From Gemmatimonadota bacterium (GTDB lineage Bacteria > Gemmatimonadota > Gemmatimonadetes > Longimicrobiales > RSA9), in contig JBQTID010000073.1 of assembly GCA_052389275.1 (NCBI GenBank), positions 3 through 64,002 on the forward strand: DNA of 64,000 bases, given 5' to 3'. The notes under the pieces were generated by a model that saw only the letters and a program-made list of their open reading frames with translations, was not told the DNA's origin and ran no database searches. Position 1 is the stretch's first letter; every line of letters starts with the position of its first letter. Both the position numbers and the translations under genes were made by a program. Of this stretch, positions 27,992-37,422 are shown in pieces.

Positions 27992-29020
27992 ATGGCGACA
28001 GTCTTAGAAAAGCCTGAACACGTGCGTCAAACGGAGCAGGGCAAGCCTGTCACCATGCTCGAGGCTATTCGCGAGGCATTGTGGGAGGAACTCGAGCGCG
28101 ATCCGAACGTCTTTATTCTTGGTGAAGACATCGGCGTGTATGGTGGCGCGTTCAAGGTGACGGATGGCTTCATCGATCATTTTGGCGGCGATCGCATCAT
28201 CGACACACCGATCAGTGAGGCAGGCTTCACGGGCGCGGCCGCCGGTGCGGCGCACATGGGGCTGCGTCCTGTCGTCGAAATGCAGTTCATGGATTTCGTG
28301 TCGTGCGCATACGAGCCGCTGACCAATTACATCGCGACGTCACGCTGGCGTTACGCGGGCGCGATGCCATTGGTTGTGCGCGGCCCGGTTGGCGGCGGCG
28401 TGCGCGGCGGTCCGTTCCACTCGCAGAATCCGGAAATGGCGTTCTTCCACACGCCCGGTCTGAAGATCGTCTATCCATGCACGGCGCGGGATGCAAAGGG
28501 ACTGTTGAAGGCCGCGATTCGCGATGATGATCCGGTCTTGTACTTCGAGCACAAGAAGCTCTACCGCGCGCCCTTCCTGCGTGAAGTGCTGCCGAACGAC
28601 GATTACATCGTGCCGCTCGGCAAGGCGCGCACACACCGCGAAGGCAAGGACATCACGATCGTTACCTACGGCATGATGGTGCACGAATCGCAGAAGGCGG
28701 CGGAGCAGGTTGCCGCAGGCGGCATCGACGTCGAGATCATCGATCTGCGCTCGCTGCTGCCGCTCGATGAGGATGCGATCGTGGCGAGTGTAAAGAAGAC
28801 GAACAAAGTTCTGATCGTGCACGAGGACACGCGCACCGGCGGCATTGCGGGCGAGATCGGCATGCGCATCAGCGAGCAGGCTTTCGAGTGGCTGGACGCG
28901 CCCGTGCTGCGCGTGACCGCGATCGATACGCCGGTGCCGTATTCGCCGCCGCTCGAGGACTACTATTTGCCGCAGGTGAGTGACATCGTCACGGCTTGCC
29001 GCTATCTGGCGAAATACTGA
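27992..29020 (+). CDS. 2-oxoacid dehydrogenase E1 component, beta subunit
   Basis: 342 aa. GEDIGVYGGAFKVT, DTPISEAGFTGAA, transketolase-C-like C-terminal domain. Confidence 0.9.
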   Translation: MATVLEKPEHVRQTEQGKPVTMLEAIREALWEELERDPNVFILGEDIGVYGGAFKVTDGFIDHFGGDRIIDTPISEAGFTGAAAGAAHMGLRPVVEMQFMDFVSCAYEPLTNYIATSRWRYAGAMPLVVRGPVGGGVRGGPFHSQNPEMAFFHTPGLKIVYPCTARDAKGLLKAAIRDDDPVLYFEHKKLYRAPFLREVLPNDDYIVPLGKARTHREGKDITIVTYGMMVHESQKAAEQVAAGGIDVEIIDLRSLLPLDEDAIVASVKKTNKVLIVHEDTRTGGIAGEIGMRISEQAFEWLDAPVLRVTAIDTPVPYSPPLEDYYLPQVSDIVTACRYLAKY

Positions 29021-29029
29021 GGAGACACG

Positions 29030-30403
29030 ATGGCCAAGGTTGACGTTCCGATGCCCCAGATGGGCGAATCGATCGCCGAGGGTACCGTCTCGAAGTGGCT
29101 GAAGCAAGTCGGTGACCAGGTTCAGCGCGACGAGCCATTGCTCGAAATCTCGACCGACAAGGTCGACGCCGAGATTCCGTCACCCACCGCCGGTGTGCTG
29201 GCCGAGATCAAAGTGCAGGAAGGCACGACGGTCGAAGTTGGCAGTATCGTTGCCGTGATCGACACGGAAGCGAAGGCCGGAGCACAGCAAACTGCGGCAC
29301 CGCCAACGGCGCCACCCGCAACTGCGGCACCACAAGCTTCGGCACCGCAAACCACGGCACCGCAAACCGCGACCGCGCCCGCGGAAAAACCCGCGCCGGC
29401 GACCGCGACCGCGACCGCGGACAACGGCAAGGCCGACACAGCCGAAGAACGTCTACGTCAGAAGTCGACACCGCTCGTGCGCCGCATCGCTGCGGAGCAC
29501 AACGTCGACATCGGCCAGATTCCGGGAAGCGGTTACGCCGGTCGTGTCACCAAGAACGACATCATGTCATACATCGAGAAGGCTCCGGCGGCGGCGCCCA
29601 CGCCGAGCGCGAAACCGGCGCCCGCGGCGGCCCCGGCCGCGCCCGGAGATTTCTGGACCACGTTCTACAAGACCGTGCAGCATCCGGAATTCCAGGCACG
29701 CGCAGGCGACGAAGTGCGGCCGATGGATCGCGTGCGTCGTCTTACAGCGGATCACATGGTGCGTGCGAAGCGGGTTGCGCCGCACGTGCATTCGTTCATC
29801 GAGATCGACTTCACACAAATCGACAAGGCGCGCAAGAAGAACGCTGCGAAGTGGGAGCAGCAGGGTGTCAAGGTCAGCTACACCGCGTTCGTGGCATGGG
29901 CGTGCGCGCAGACCATTCACGAATTCCCGATGATCAACTCGGTGGTGTCGGGCGAGAGCGTGATTTACCGCAAGGACATCAATATCGGCATTGCGGTCGA
30001 TCTCAACCCGGGACTGATCGTGCCGGTAGTGAAGAACGCGGATGAGCTGAACGTGGCCGGCGTCGCAAAACGGATCAATGATCTCGCGGAGCGTGCGCGC
30101 GCCAGGAAGCTGAAGCCGGATGAGGTTGCAGGCGCGACCTTCTCGATCACCAATCCGGGCGTGCTCGGCACAACCGTGGGCATGCCGATCATTCCGGAAG
30201 GCACCGCGGCGATTCTCGGCACCGGCGCGATCGAGAAGCGAGTGGTTGTCGTGCAGGATGCGGACGGCGCCGATGTCATGGGCATTCGCAAGCGCGCCTT
30301 TTTCTCACTCGGTTACGACCATCGCATCGTAGATGGCGCGGATGCCGCGCGCTTCCTTTCGAAGCTGAAGCAGGTGCTTGAATCATTCCCGGAAGATGCG
30401 TGA
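29030..30403 (+). CDS. dihydrolipoamide acyltransferase (E2) component
   Basis: 457 aa. Lipoyl domain (LLEISTDKVDAEIPSP), Ala/Pro linker, E3/E1-binding domain (PLVRRIAAEHNVDI), catalytic domain (LGYDHRIVDGADAARF). Confidence 0.9.
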   Translation: MAKVDVPMPQMGESIAEGTVSKWLKQVGDQVQRDEPLLEISTDKVDAEIPSPTAGVLAEIKVQEGTTVEVGSIVAVIDTEAKAGAQQTAAPPTAPPATAAPQASAPQTTAPQTATAPAEKPAPATATATADNGKADTAEERLRQKSTPLVRRIAAEHNVDIGQIPGSGYAGRVTKNDIMSYIEKAPAAAPTPSAKPAPAAAPAAPGDFWTTFYKTVQHPEFQARAGDEVRPMDRVRRLTADHMVRAKRVAPHVHSFIEIDFTQIDKARKKNAAKWEQQGVKVSYTAFVAWACAQTIHEFPMINSVVSGESVIYRKDINIGIAVDLNPGLIVPVVKNADELNVAGVAKRINDLAERARARKLKPDEVAGATFSITNPGVLGTTVGMPIIPEGTAAILGTGAIEKRVVVVQDADGADVMGIRKRAFFSLGYDHRIVDGADAARFLSKLKQVLESFPEDA

Positions 30404-31067
30404 GCTAGAAGTTCGCGGCCTCGGCACCGTCGCTTACGCGGATGCGCTTGCTTTGCAGGAGGATTTCGTCAAGCGACGCCGTGGCGGGGAGATTGCCGAT
30501 CAATTGCTGCTGCTGCAACATCCGCACGTCATCACTCTCGGCACGTCATCGCATACCGATCACGTCCTGGTCGACGAAGAGCAGCGCAAGCTGCTCGGCA
30601 TCGAACTCTTCGAGACCGGCCGCGGCGGCGACGTTACTTATCACGGTCCCGGCCAGCTGGTCGGCTACCCGATTCTCGACCTGAAACCGGACCGCTGCGA
30701 TCTGCACAGGTATGTCCGAGACATCGAAGCCGTGCTGATTCGGGCACTGAGCGATTTCGATCTCGAGTGCGCCCGCAAGGACGGACTGACTGGTGTCTGG
30801 CTTGGCGATGAGAAGATTGCGGCGATCGGCGTGCGGGTCTCGAGCGGCTGGATCACCAGTCACGGCTTCGCGCTCAACGTAAATACAAATCTGGCCTTTT
30901 TCGACTCTATCGTGCCGTGCGGCATCAATCGTTTCGGCGTAACATCCCTGGCGCGGGCATTCGGCACCGAAGTGGACATGGGTATCGTTACCGACTCCGT
31001 CACACGCGCGTTTGCGCAGGAATTCGATCTTGAACTCGTGGTTGGGTTGGCGGCTCAGAACCGCTGA
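30396..31067 (+). CDS. lipB: lipoyl(octanoyl) transferase
   Basis: In-frame part of ORF 30378..31067. Start ATG 30396 overlaps the E2 stop. LLQHPHVITLG, RGGDVTYHGPGQLVGYPI, KIAAIGVRV. Confidence 0.88.
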   Translation: MRELEVRGLGTVAYADALALQEDFVKRRRGGEIADQLLLLQHPHVITLGTSSHTDHVLVDEEQRKLLGIELFETGRGGDVTYHGPGQLVGYPILDLKPDRCDLHRYVRDIEAVLIRALSDFDLECARKDGLTGVWLGDEKIAAIGVRVSSGWITSHGFALNVNTNLAFFDSIVPCGINRFGVTSLARAFGTEVDMGIVTDSVTRAFAQEFDLELVVGLAAQNR

Positions 31068-33103
31068 CCGATACTGACGTCGAAGCGACCGCTGCCGCGT
31101 GTCGCGTAGCCGTAGCCCGCCTCGAGCGCACCGAGCGGCGTGGGCAGGATGATGCCGAGCTGCGCGCCACCGATCCACCGGCCTGCGTCGAGTGTCTCTT
31201 CGAGATCAGCGCCGACCGCGCCGCTGCGCGTGCGCAGGCGGATAAAACCGGCGTAAAAGGGATATGCGACGTCGACGCCGGCAACCACGCGCGACGCGTC
31301 ACGCCGCTCGCCCCAGACAAATCCCGGAATCATGTGATCGTCACCGAGGCTCGGCTGCACGTCCGGTGGCGTGTCCCCTCGCGTCACACGCACATCGCCC
31401 AGCGCCGCAATCTGCCAGCCGCGTAGCTCGAGCGTGCGCGAGCCACTCACCGTCACACGCGAGTACGTGAAATCGCCCCAGCGCCGTTCAGCCTCGAGCG
31501 TGAAAGGAATGCCGACGACCGATGCGGGTGGTTTCACCGACGCCCAACGCACCAGCGGACCGACTGCAAATCCGGACGCACCATCTTCGAGATCGATCCA
31601 TTCAGCGCGCAGACCGCCGACCGCGAAGCGTTTGCGCAGAATGTGCGGCAGCTCCAACGCGAGCCAACCGCCGGTGCGCAACACCTCCTTGCTACCAATT
31701 ACATCCTCATCGAAGAATCGGACCTGTCGTTCCTGCGCGTATGCGCCGAGTGACCACGCCAGCCCGGCCGCACGACTCGAGAACACGCGCGTCGACAAGG
31801 CCGCGGACCGTTCGAGCCCGCCGAGCGACGCGGCCGCACTCCAGACCGCGGGGCGCCGTGCGAACATCGAATATCGGTCGATCGAGCCCCACGCGCGTCC
31901 GCCGCGGTCATTCTCGTAATGCGCCGCCGCGGTCAGGGACACCTTCGGCTGGCCCACCAGACGCACGACCATCGTCGGGTGTTGATCCGTGCCACGCTGT
32001 TCGACGCGCGGCCAGACCGCCTCGAACAGCCCGGTTGCATAGAGGCGGTCGAGCGCGTGCGTAACCGACGCCACGTCATATGATCGTGCTGCAACCTCGC
32101 GGAACAGCGCGTTTGCGAGGCCGGCCAGCGCGGAATCAGGTGCCTCGAACACAACCGCAGCGAACGAATCCGGCGGCGCCTGCGCTGCGCGCGGCACACG
32201 CGCAAACACAGCGCGCGTTTGCGGCAAATCACGAAGCGCCGCGGCGCGACCAATCTCGATCAACGGTGTCGGATCGGCTGGAAACGTGGCGCCGGACAAA
32301 CCTGGCGGCATGTCCGGCTGCACCAGTACATCAGGGCGAACGGTGTCTTTTTGTGCGTGCGACTGCATGTGATCGAGCGCGCGTTGCACCACATCGAGCG
32401 GAGCATTCGAATGGACATTGGGCGGTGGACGCGCGACGTCGACTGCAATCAGATATTCAGCACCGAGCTTGCGCGCGAATTCGGTAGGCAGGTTGGCGGC
32501 AACACCGCCGTCGATTAAAACACGCTCGTCCCACACCACCGGCGCAAAGAAGCCGGGCACCGCCATGCTCGCGCGCGCAGCGAGCGCCAGATCGCCATGG
32601 TCGAGCGCAGTCGGCTGGCCGGTCTTCAAGTCGACGGCGATCGCGCGATAGCGGCGCGGCAGTTTGTCGAAATCGCCGCGGCTGCGCGCGTTCGCATCGA
32701 ACAGTAATGCCGCGAGCGCGCGATTGATTCGCCATTGACCAACCAGGCCGCGACTGAAGCGAAAGCGGGCAACGCTAAGGTCGATCGCCAGCATGGGATA
32801 ACGGATCGCGCGCTCAATGCCGATCACGCCGGGCGTCGGCTCGAACATGCCGCGCCACTCGACGTTGGTGATTTGGTCGCGAATTGCTTCCGGCTCGTAT
32901 CCGGCCGCGTAAAGTGCACCGACTACAGCACCCATGCTGGTGCCGACCACGATATCAGGATCGTAGCCGCGCTCTTCGAGCATGAGCAGCACGCCCACGT
33001 GTGCGATGCCGCGCGAGCCGCCGCCGCTCAGCACGAGCGCCTGCTGCGCTGCCGCAGCGACCGGAATCAAACACAGGATGAAAGCGAACGCGCTGTGCCT
33101 CAT
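31055..33103 (-). CDS. patatin-like phospholipase fused to Omp85/surface-antigen beta-barrel (PlpD-like, type Vd autotransporter architecture)
   Basis: 682 aa. Signal peptide, patatin motifs LSGGGSRG and GTSMGA, DGG near residue 200. Long C-terminal region with beta-strand periodicity ending ...DVSIGQRF (aromatic terminus). Confidence 0.8.
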   Translation of the reverse strand: MRHSAFAFILCLIPVAAAAQQALVLSGGGSRGIAHVGVLLMLEERGYDPDIVVGTSMGAVVGALYAAGYEPEAIRDQITNVEWRGMFEPTPGVIGIERAIRYPMLAIDLSVARFRFSRGLVGQWRINRALAALLFDANARSRGDFDKLPRRYRAIAVDLKTGQPTALDHGDLALAARASMAVPGFFAPVVWDERVLIDGGVAANLPTEFARKLGAEYLIAVDVARPPPNVHSNAPLDVVQRALDHMQSHAQKDTVRPDVLVQPDMPPGLSGATFPADPTPLIEIGRAAALRDLPQTRAVFARVPRAAQAPPDSFAAVVFEAPDSALAGLANALFREVAARSYDVASVTHALDRLYATGLFEAVWPRVEQRGTDQHPTMVVRLVGQPKVSLTAAAHYENDRGGRAWGSIDRYSMFARRPAVWSAAASLGGLERSAALSTRVFSSRAAGLAWSLGAYAQERQVRFFDEDVIGSKEVLRTGGWLALELPHILRKRFAVGGLRAEWIDLEDGASGFAVGPLVRWASVKPPASVVGIPFTLEAERRWGDFTYSRVTVSGSRTLELRGWQIAALGDVRVTRGDTPPDVQPSLGDDHMIPGFVWGERRDASRVVAGVDVAYPFYAGFIRLRTRSGAVGADLEETLDAGRWIGGAQLGIILPTPLGALEAGYGYATRGSGRFDVSIGQRF

Positions 33104-33106
33104 CGA

Positions 33107-33667
33107 TCAGCCGGCGGTGTGATCGAACTCGAGATACCTATCGTACTTCTCCCGTTGCTGATCGAGCCAAGTCAGAAACCCGGTTTCCACCAATCCGTTG
33201 GAGCTGGTCTGCTCCCTCGCAGCGCGCGTGGCGAGATAATTTGCATACTCGTTTTGCGGATGCCCGGCGTGTCCCTTGATCCATTTCCATTCGACGTCGT
33301 GCCGAGCGGCCACGCGCGCAAGCTCCTGCCACAGCTCTGCATTCTCGAGTGCACCCGTCTTGCGTTTCCAGCCGCTCCGAACCCAACCGTGCACCCATTC
33401 CGTCATACCTCGCACCAGGTACTGTGAGTCCGAAACGAAATAGACGCGGCAAGGCTTTTTCAATAGCTCCAGACCGGCGATCGCGCTCTGGATCGCCATC
33501 TTGTTGTTGGTGGTCGCGGGCGCACTGAGCCAGTAGTCACGTCGCAGCCACCTCCGCCTTTGCCAGAGTTCGACCAATCCGGCCGCGCCGCCGGGGCGAT
33601 CCTGACCGATGTTCTGGTTGCCGAGGCAGCTCTCGTCTGCGTGAATGTGAACTAAGGGCTTCTGCAT
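33107..33667 (-). CDS. rnhA: ribonuclease HI (with roughly 30-aa C-terminal extension)
   Basis: 186 aa. HADESCLGNQ, TNNKMAIQSAIAGL, SDSQYL, WKWIKGHAGHPQNE. 3 nt upstream of the patatin gene on the same strand. Confidence 0.85.
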   Translation of the reverse strand: MQKPLVHIHADESCLGNQNIGQDRPGGAAGLVELWQRRRWLRRDYWLSAPATTNNKMAIQSAIAGLELLKKPCRVYFVSDSQYLVRGMTEWVHGWVRSGWKRKTGALENAELWQELARVAARHDVEWKWIKGHAGHPQNEYANYLATRAAREQTSSNGLVETGFLTWLDQQREKYDRYLEFDHTAG

Positions 33668-33680
33668 TTTGACAATCTAA

Positions 33681-33825
33681 CTGCGGGCGCGGGCAGAGGC
33701 GGGGGCGAGGGCGGGCAATCCGGGTGTCACATCGGGCATGGGGCCGAGACGCCTGGGCCCTGCCCGTCGTTATTGCCCGATGTCCTCGCCCTTGCCTCCG
33801 CCCTTGCCCCCCACCCGCCTTTCAG
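33681..33825. repeat. G-run/C-run hairpin element, family copy 1 (about 145 bp)
   Basis: Left arm CTGCGGGCGCGGGCAGAGGCGGGGGCGAGGGCGGGCAAT. Right arm ATTGCCCGATGTCCTCGCCCTTGCCTCCGCCCTTGCCCCCCACCCGCC. Homologous to 37911-38052, e.g. CTGGGCCCTGCCCGTCGTTATTGCCCGATGTCCTCGCCC versus CTGGTCCCTCGCCCGTCGTTTACCCCGAAATCCTCGCCC. Confidence 0.8.
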
Positions 33826-33886
33826 TTCTTGCCGAAACGTCATAAACCACCTAAATTCTTATTCTGCAACTTCTTGCGGAGCCCAA

Positions 33887-34996
33887 TTGAGACAAAGAGC
33901 ATACCTTCTTCTTGAGGATGGCCGCCAGTTTTTCGGCGAGCCGCTAGGGCATCGTGTAGATGCTCTCGGGGAGGTTGTTTTCAATACCTCGATGACCGGC
34001 TACCAGGAAGTTCTCACCGATCCGTCCTATGCCGGCCAGATCGTCGTCATGACGTATCCGCTCATCGGCAATTACGGCATCAGTTCACTCGATCCGGAAT
34101 CGTCGCGCGTGCAAGTCGCTGGCTTCGTCGTGCGCGAGGTGCCGCCTCGCTTCAGCAACTGGCGTGCGGAGACGTCGCTCGAGGATTACCTCGGTGCGGC
34201 TGGCGCAGCCGCAATCTCAGGTGTCGACACGCGCGCGTTGACGTTGCATCTGCGCAGCGCCGGCGCCATGCGTGCCGGCATCGCGATGGCGAATACGCCG
34301 GTCGAGCAGATGCTTGCAAAGATTCATGCGCATCCGCGCATGGAAGGCCTGGACCTCACGTGCGGCGTCACGACGGCAGAGCCTTACGATGTGGCAGCCG
34401 CGGGCGCTGAGCAGTTCCACGTCCTGGCCTACGATTTCGGCGTGAAGCGCAATTCGCTGCGCATGCTCGCCGAGCGCGGCGCCCGCGTGACGACGGTGCC
34501 GTCCACTACGCCAGCCGAGGCAATGCTCGAGCTGAAGCCAGACGGGCTTTTTCTGTCAAACGGCCCAGGTGATCCGGAAGCGGTCGAGCATTCGACCGAG
34601 ACGATCCGGCAGTTCGCCAGAAACGAGATCCCGGTCTTCGGCATTTGCCTGGGCCACCAGCTAACGGCGCGCGCATTTGGCGGGCACACGTACAAGCTGC
34701 TTTACGGGCATCGCGCGGCGAACCATCCAGTACGTCGTTTGGAGGACGGAGCGGTCGAGATCACGTCGCAAAATCATGGTTTTGCGGTGAGACGCGGCCC
34801 CGGTGACGAGGTGGAAGGCGCGCCGGCGCTGCGTACGACCCACATCAACCTGAATGATCATACGATGGAAGGGCTGGAACACCGGGAGCTGCCGATTTTC
34901 AGCGTCCAGTATCACCCGGAGGCGGCACCAGGCCCCCATGATTCGCTGTACCTGTTCGACCGGTTCATGGACGCCATGAGGCGGCGTCAGGGATAA
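33887..34996 (+). CDS. carA: carbamoyl-phosphate synthase small (glutamine amidotransferase) subunit
   Basis: In-frame part of ORF 33773..34996. I place the start at TTG 33887 (GGAG 6 nt upstream), giving (M)RQRAYLLLEDGRQFFGE, the usual CarA N-terminus. GICLGHQ, QYHPEA. The ATG at 33773 lies inside the hairpin element. Confidence 0.88.
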   Translation: MRQRAYLLLEDGRQFFGEPLGHRVDALGEVVFNTSMTGYQEVLTDPSYAGQIVVMTYPLIGNYGISSLDPESSRVQVAGFVVREVPPRFSNWRAETSLEDYLGAAGAAAISGVDTRALTLHLRSAGAMRAGIAMANTPVEQMLAKIHAHPRMEGLDLTCGVTTAEPYDVAAAGAEQFHVLAYDFGVKRNSLRMLAERGARVTTVPSTTPAEAMLELKPDGLFLSNGPGDPEAVEHSTETIRQFARNEIPVFGICLGHQLTARAFGGHTYKLLYGHRAANHPVRRLEDGAVEITSQNHGFAVRRGPGDEVEGAPALRTTHINLNDHTMEGLEHRELPIFSVQYHPEAAPGPHDSLYLFDRFMDAMRRRQG

Positions 34997-35076
34997 AAGA
35001 AGCTTGCGCGGGCCCGGGTTGCGAGTTAACCTAGGTGCCCGCCCCATATTAATTTACGACATTCGCGGGAATCTTC

Positions 35077-35976
35077 GTGGCCCGGCGGTCCGTCTATACA
35101 ATCCTGGTCGTAGCGGTTCTTTCGCTAATGGTGCTGGCGGGGCTCGTGCTGGCCGTTATCACGTCGGTCGGCGGCGGAAGAACTCTGACCTTCGGTAATC
35201 GCATAGCGATCATCGAAGTCGAAGGAATTATCGGGGACGACCGGGAAGTTCTGGAGAATATTCGCGATTTTCGCGATGATGCGTCGGTCAAAGGCTTCGT
35301 TGTCGCGATCAACTCGCCTGGCGGCGAGGTTGGGCCGTCGCAGAGCATCTATCGAGAGATCAAGCGGTTGCGCGACGAGGATGACCGGCCGGTCATCGCG
35401 GCGATCAACAGCGTAGGGGCTTCGGGGGGCTATTACATCGCGCTGGGCGCGGATTCGATCTATGCCAATCCCGGTGCCATCACCGGTTCGATCGGCGTGA
35501 TCATGGAAATGCCGAACGTTGGCGGCCTGTTGGAAAAAGTCGGTGTCGAGATGCAGGTGGTTAAGAGCGCCGAGCACAAGGACATCGGGTCGCCGTTCAG
35601 AAGGATGTCACCGAGCGACAGCGCTGTGCTGGGCGCGATGGTGATGGATGTTTATACGCAATTCGTTGAAGTAGTCTCGGCCGAACGCAAGAAGAGCCGG
35701 GCGGAGCTGGGGGCGCTGGTGGATGGCCGCGTGCTGTCCGGGCGCCAGGCAATGCAGAGCGGTCTGATCGATCGCGTAGGCAACTTCAACGATGCGGTGG
35801 CGGCGGCAGGACGGATGGCAGGACTGGGCGCTACGCCGAAGCTGCTCTATCCACCAAAAGACGAAGTAACTCTTTGGGATGCGCTGATGGGCCGGGCCGA
35901 AGCGTCGATCGCGAATCGACTTGCGCGACCACTCGACCAGGCAACCACGCCGCGGGTGAAATTCATTCTTCAATGA
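35077..35976 (+). CDS. sppA: signal peptide peptidase SppA, 36K type
   Basis: 299 aa, GTG start. N-terminal TM helix. VVAINSPGGEV, ASGGYYIA, GSIGV. Confidence 0.85.
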   Translation: MARRSVYTILVVAVLSLMVLAGLVLAVITSVGGGRTLTFGNRIAIIEVEGIIGDDREVLENIRDFRDDASVKGFVVAINSPGGEVGPSQSIYREIKRLRDEDDRPVIAAINSVGASGGYYIALGADSIYANPGAITGSIGVIMEMPNVGGLLEKVGVEMQVVKSAEHKDIGSPFRRMSPSDSAVLGAMVMDVYTQFVEVVSAERKKSRAELGALVDGRVLSGRQAMQSGLIDRVGNFNDAVAAAGRMAGLGATPKLLYPPKDEVTLWDALMGRAEASIANRLARPLDQATTPRVKFILQ

Positions 35977-36005
35977 CGGAAAGACTCTTCCAGTAGGGAG
36001 GCATC

Positions 36006-36305
36006 ATGACCAAAGCCGATCTCGTCGAGCAAGTGGCCGAGGCGATCGGTCCCGGGATCACCAAGAAGGATTGTGCATTGGTGGTCGATGGACTGTTGAA
36101 CGCGATCAAGAAGGCCATGGCGGAGCATTCGCATATCGAGATCCGCGGCTTCGGCACGTTCAAGGTGCGCAAGCGCCGCTCACGAATGGCTCGCAATCCG
36201 CGCACGGGTGATCCGGTCGAGGTGCCAGCGCGCGCGGTGCCGATCTTCAAGCCCTCGAAGGAACTGCGGGCTGAAGTTTCGCACCAGCAGCACATCCCGG
36301 TTTAA
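36006..36305 (+). CDS. HU/IHF-family DNA-binding protein (IHF-like)
   Basis: 99 aa. MTKADLVEQVAE..., IEIRGFGTFKVRKRRSRMARNPRTGDPVEVPARAVPIFKPSKEL. Confidence 0.87.
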   Translation: MTKADLVEQVAEAIGPGITKKDCALVVDGLLNAIKKAMAEHSHIEIRGFGTFKVRKRRSRMARNPRTGDPVEVPARAVPIFKPSKELRAEVSHQQHIPV

Positions 36306-36319
36306 GCGATACCGACAGG

Positions 36320-36356
36320 GATAGCGATAGCGATGTCCAAACTCGCTATCGCTATC
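36320..36356 (+). terminator. perfect 14-bp hairpin made of GATAGC repeats (GATAGCGATAGCGA / TCGCTATCGCTATC, 9-nt loop), 15 nt after the IHF stop
   Basis: Read directly. Followed by CATCGC-type 6-mer repeats (36362-36381), not by a U-tract, so terminator function is an inference. Confidence 0.4.
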
Positions 36357-36415
36357 ACTTTGCCATCGCCATCGCATCGCCTAACGTTCCCGCCTTCCCG
36401 TACGTCTAATCTTCA

Positions 36416-36985
36416 GTGAGCAACCCAGCCTTGCAGCTCGTGGAAGCTACGCGCAACGAAGATGATCCCGCACTGCTGGCGCGCGCGCGCGCCGGTGAGC
36501 CGGAGGCCATCGAACAACTCGTGCGCCGATACTTGAAGGATGTTTATGCCGTCACCGCGCGTGTGCTCGGCGATCGCGACCTGGCGCAGGATGCGGCTCA
36601 CGATGCGATGGTGAACGCGCTGAACGCGCTGCATCGCTTTCGCGGCGATGCGAGCTTTCGCACATGGCTGATCCGGATTGCCGTCAATGCGGCCCGCACC
36701 GTCGGCCGACGAGCCACGCGTCGCGGCGAAGTGCCGCTCGATCGGGTGAGCGAGCATGCAGCTGATGCGGGTGATGCCGCTACTCTCGTGGCAGCACGGG
36801 ACGACGCGGCCCGTGCGACTGTGATGCTGAACCAGCTGCCACACAAGCAACGGCTGGCAGTAACGCTGCGAGTGCAGCAGGGGCTGAGTTACCGCGAAAT
36901 TGGAGTCGTGCTGGACTGCACCGAGGGCGCGGCCCGGGTGAATTATCACCTGGGCGTGAAGCGACTCAGGGAGCTAATGAAATGA
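36416..36985 (+). CDS. ECF (group IV) RNA polymerase sigma factor
   Basis: 189 aa, GTG start. Region 2 (DLAQDAAHDAMVNALNALHRFRGDASFRTWLIRIAVN) and region 4 (LSYREIGVVLDCTEGAARVNYHLGVKRLR). Confidence 0.88.
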   Translation: MSNPALQLVEATRNEDDPALLARARAGEPEAIEQLVRRYLKDVYAVTARVLGDRDLAQDAAHDAMVNALNALHRFRGDASFRTWLIRIAVNAARTVGRRATRRGEVPLDRVSEHAADAGDAATLVAARDDAARATVMLNQLPHKQRLAVTLRVQQGLSYREIGVVLDCTEGAARVNYHLGVKRLRELMK

Positions 36986-37422
36986 ACAATCTCAATTGCG
37001 AGTACGTTCTCGACGTCTATCCGGACGTTCAGAGCGGCACCCTCGATCCGGTGCAGGCGCGCCAGGTCCAGGAACACCTTGCATCATGCGACGAGTGCCG
37101 GGCGCATGCCGAGCTGCTCGACGCAGTTCGCGACCAGGCGGCTGTTGTGCCTGCCGGTCTGCATGAACGCGTAATCAGGAGCGCGCTCGAGCCACGTCCA
37201 CGGCTGCGTTTTGCGCGCGGCGAGATTGCGATGGTTGCGATGCTTGCGGCGGCCGTCATCGGCGGCAGCATTCTGATGCAAAGTCCGCAGCCGCAGCCGG
37301 CCGCGCCGCAGGAAAGTTTTGGATTCGTGACTGTCGAAGACGCGATGCTCACGGGCAAGGCGTCGCTCGACGATTTGACGGTCGCTGAGCTAGAGCAGCT
37401 GCTGAAGGAGATTGATTCATGA
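36982..37422 (+). CDS. anti-sigma factor (zf-HC2 type), single-pass membrane
   Basis: 146 aa. H-x3-C-x2-C (EHLASCDECRAH), central TM helix (IAMVAMLAAAVIGGSIL). 4-nt overlap with the sigma gene. Confidence 0.65.
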   Translation: MNNLNCEYVLDVYPDVQSGTLDPVQARQVQEHLASCDECRAHAELLDAVRDQAAVVPAGLHERVIRSALEPRPRLRFARGEIAMVAMLAAAVIGGSILMQSPQPQPAAPQESFGFVTVEDAMLTGKASLDDLTVAELEQLLKEIDS

